DNA from: Caldisericota bacterium
Lineage (GTDB): Bacteria; Caldisericota; Caldisericia; JAAYUI01
Length of the DNA: 64,000 bases
Direction of reading: 5' to 3'
Assembly (NCBI GenBank): GCA_029548865.1
Contig: JAKPMO010000005.1
Span: 26,046 to 90,045 of the forward strand
Below the pieces are notes generated by a model. The model ran no database searches. It worked only from the letters and a program-made list of their open reading frames with translations, and was not told the DNA's origin. Positions 61,496 to 64,000 of the stretch are shown piece after piece. The stretch's first letter is position 1, and every line of letters starts with the position of its first letter. Position numbers and translations under genes: made by a program.

Positions 61496-64000
61496 CTATT
61501 CGCAAGGCTCGAGGACCATATCTGTAGCAAAATACTCGTGTCTTTCCTTATCAAATGAACCTTCAATCCAATAGCAGGAAAATAACTTAATATCTTTGCA
61601 CTTTATAAAAGATGGAGGATGGAGAAGAAACACTTCTCCATTATTGTCAGCAGCACAATAACATTTATGGTCAATTTCATCAACACCAACAATTTTTATC
61701 TTTAGGCCATCTGATGATCTATTTTTCTTCGATGCTACCAAATAGATACTTTTTTCTTGCTCATCAATATATCCGCTAAAATCCCAATTGTGACCAATAT
61801 GATAATCAGCGCTGCTCCTACTGCTACTTAAAAATACAATATAGTCACTTTGAATAGTACGTATCCTTATATATCTATATCCGCCAGCCAGTGCATCGTT
61901 GATTTCGAGAATTCTCCCTGTTCTTTTTTCAATTGCACCACAATTGGTTTTTTCAATTGTTTTGGCTTTAATTTTGGTTACATTTGATTCTTTATTATCA
62001 TCCAGATCACCTTTTACTAAGCAACAATCGCCAACCCCAATTTTTGTACATTCGAAATCATTCTGGGGAGGAGTAACCAAATAATATCTTTTTTTGCAAA
62101 TACCAACATATTGATTTTTATCGCAATCAACAGCCGTAATGAAAAGTTTTAAACTGGGATCTTCCTCTTTGCATTGAACTTTTTTTACATCATAACCTTC
62201 AATAATTTTTGTTTCTGGAAAATCAACTCCTTCGATTTCCAGACAAGCGCCTTCTTCAATTGAATTGCAATCCAGCGTTTTTGGATACAAAAGGTCCCAA
62301 TAGGTACTATCATAAAATACTCTCAAACGTTTATTCTCGCAGTCTTTCTTGGTGACTTTTGCATAGGAATGTTCGGTAGGCGGACATTTGGCCCTGACTA
62401 TTTGTAAAGCGACTATCATTTTGTCAGGATTCTCAGAGGTAGACTGTAAAGAACTCAAAACTCCAGTTACCTGCACACAATCACCAACAGTAATTTTCGA
62501 GCAATCAATGGGTTTTGGGGTTGTAACAGAAACATATTGTCCCTGCCATCTTCCAACAAAAAATGGTTCCTTGGCATTGCAGAACACATCGTAAACGTAC
62601 ATGTCAAATGTCTGCTTTGTTTTTGCACATTCTATTACAGTAACCGACTTGGCTTCCCAAAGTCCTGCTTGTGCAGGATCAGGCCATCCCTCAACGTCAA
62701 CACAGATCGGGCTGGAAAGCTTTTTTAGTGGAGTGCAATCATAATTATCCGGCAGTTTAACTTTTCGCACTATCCCTTCAACGTCTACCTGTAAAAATCC
62801 TTTATCACACTCATCTTTTTCGATCCTGCCAGAAAATCTTTGTGGCTGTTCATCCTGGCACCTCGAAAGTTCAACTATTTCGCCTTTTACAACATTGTCT
62901 TGGCCGATTCTGCCACAAACATTTATGCAATCTCCAGAGGAGATTGTTTTGCAATCAAATGAATCAGGAAGAACAACCACCAGATCAGAGCCATCAGGCC
63001 CTGTGCAAACTATGTTGCGTTCCTCGCAGGATGTATTTTTGACTTTCAATCCTTTGCGACAAGCAACATCACAACTTATGTCGGGCGCTTTCGCCAGATT
63101 TACCAAATAGGATTCATCGTTTATCTTTTTCACGCATACTGAATAGCACAGGCCTGTTTTTATCGAGTTGCACAGAGACCAATCGTTTACCCTCAGCTGT
63201 CCTTTTCTGTCACCCATCTCATATTCAAGTTTTTTACCAGCGCAATCTATTTTTGTTGTTCTTATAGTCCATAAATCGTCGCCATTGCAATCAATTTTTT
63301 GGGTGCATCCCTCCGGCCCGACTTCGGTGATCCAGTTTGCCATGTATAAACCGGTCGGGTCTTTTGTGATACAGGCCTTCACACAACGGTCTTCCTTCAG
63401 CCTTATACAATCCTGCTCGGTCACCCTTATAATTATGTCCCCGAGATTGTCATTCTGGCTAATAACTACGACCTGTTTTGAACAGTCAATTGATTTGATC
63501 GTGCCAGTAACGAGTTGACTACTACACCTGTACTTGCACTCTATCGGCCTGAAGTGCGTAGCAATACTTTCCGGTTGCTGGCCGGGTTTTTTGATCTCTT
63601 CAATGCAAATCTCATAGCATTTTCCAGCCTCCAGTGGACAGAATTCAGGCAAGGTGAAGTTTATTTCCATTTGCTCCATTGTCGCCACTTTTGTGCAGTA
63701 GATAATTTTTGCCGCGCAATCCACCCTGTCTATCCTTACCTGGACAGTTTCCCCAGGACATTCATTTTCACACTCGGCGTATGGTTTGACTTTAAGAGCT
63801 ATAAAGCGTTTACCAGACTTAACTACGCAAGCTTCCACGCATTCTGGCATTGAGGACGATATGTCCTCGCAATCTTTTGGAAATATCGCGACTTCAACGT
63901 ATTTATCACCCTGTGCAATGCTCATACTAAGCGAAGCGCAATCAATCTTCACCAGTTTGCCCCTTATGAGGGATCCTTCACAAGAAGAGGAACCGCACGG
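61496..64000 (-). CDS. Cys-rich tandem-module protein, unknown function (at least 834 aa; N-terminus beyond window)
   Basis: The frame stays open upstream of the track's start (an internal GTG) to base 64000 (..PCGSSSCEGSLIRGKLVKIDC..). About 11 units of 70-80 aa with recurring ..[IVK]DC..(25-30 aa)..[DFE]C.{5,8}C.V..G..(20-25 aa)..C. No family recognised. Confidence 0.75.
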   Translation of the reverse strand, partial: PCGSSSCEGSLIRGKLVKIDCASLSMSIAQGDKYVEVAIFPKDCEDISSSMPECVEACVVKSGKRFIALKVKPYAECENECPGETVQVRIDRVDCAAKIIYCTKVATMEQMEINFTLPEFCPLEAGKCYEICIEEIKKPGQQPESIATHFRPIECKYRCSSQLVTGTIKSIDCSKQVVVISQNDNLGDIIIRVTEQDCIRLKEDRCVKACITKDPTGLYMANWITEVGPEGCTQKIDCNGDDLWTIRTTKIDCAGKKLEYEMGDRKGQLRVNDWSLCNSIKTGLCYSVCVKKINDESYLVNLAKAPDISCDVACRKGLKVKNTSCEERNIVCTGPDGSDLVVVLPDSFDCKTISSGDCINVCGRIGQDNVVKGEIVELSRCQDEQPQRFSGRIEKDECDKGFLQVDVEGIVRKVKLPDNYDCTPLKKLSSPICVDVEGWPDPAQAGLWEAKSVTVIECAKTKQTFDMYVYDVFCNAKEPFFVGRWQGQYVSVTTPKPIDCSKITVGDCVQVTGVLSSLQSTSENPDKMIVALQIVRAKCPPTEHSYAKVTKKDCENKRLRVFYDSTYWDLLYPKTLDCNSIEEGACLEIEGVDFPETKIIEGYDVKKVQCKEEDPSLKLFITAVDCDKNQYVGICKKRYYLVTPPQNDFECTKIGVGDCCLVKGDLDDNKESNVTKIKAKTIEKTNCGAIEKRTGRILEINDALAGGYRYIRIRTIQSDYIVFLSSSRSSADYHIGHNWDFSGYIDEQEKSIYLVASKKNRSSDGLKIKIVGVDEIDHKCYCAADNNGEVFLLHPPSFIKCKDIKLFSCYWIEGSFDKERHEYFATDMVLEPCE

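Overview
Dense, mostly core-chromosome stretch of about 60 genes. It uses standard bacterial code 11, with operons on both strands and many ATGA-type overlaps. It looks like an uncultivated anaerobic bacterium with lipoprotein lipoboxes and strong GGAGG Shine-Dalgarno (SD) sites. All family names come from motif recognition by eye; no searches were run.

Recognisable content, left to right:
- A variant System I cytochrome c maturation operon, ccmABC-(D)-E-F. ccmF runs off the left edge and ccmE has a Cys in place of the heme-binding His.
- thiolase-hbd.
- A roughly 1,550-codon secreted HEXXH/DUF11/PKD surface protein, broken by one in-frame TAA just before its zinc motif.
- A small ferredoxin and two tandem CYTH proteins.
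- An odd five-gene operon: polyprenyl-PP synthase, PduL, a histidine-less M48/Ste24-like membrane protein, a tandem BMC-domain-like protein and a HIT protein.
- Two tandem DUF4388 paralogues plus a small membrane protein, with a third DUF4388 gene before cysS.
- tdh-kbl.
- A ComB-like phosphatase / FAD-oxidase / CCG Fe-S / lipoprotein / ALDH cluster.
- rlmB with a long hexapeptide-repeat N-terminus.
- A YprA/MrfA-type helicase, rpsA, two cyclophilin lipoproteins and an EFR1-type ferredoxin.
- A PLP decarboxylase, two tRNA-Pro genes, hup, gpsA-der, and gatCAB interrupted by a small membrane gene.
- An ECF sigma/anti-sigma pair, a 1,193-aa secreted multidomain protein, and pgk-gap.
- A Cys-studded tandem-module protein of at least 834 aa that runs off the right edge.

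No mobile elements, CRISPR arrays, rRNA or recognisable defence systems were seen.

Best candidates for something new:
- the Cys-rich module array;
- the PduL / dead-M48 / BMC-like / HIT operon with its divergent CYTH pair;
- the stop-interrupted metalloprotease;
- a recurring leaderless-promoter architecture.
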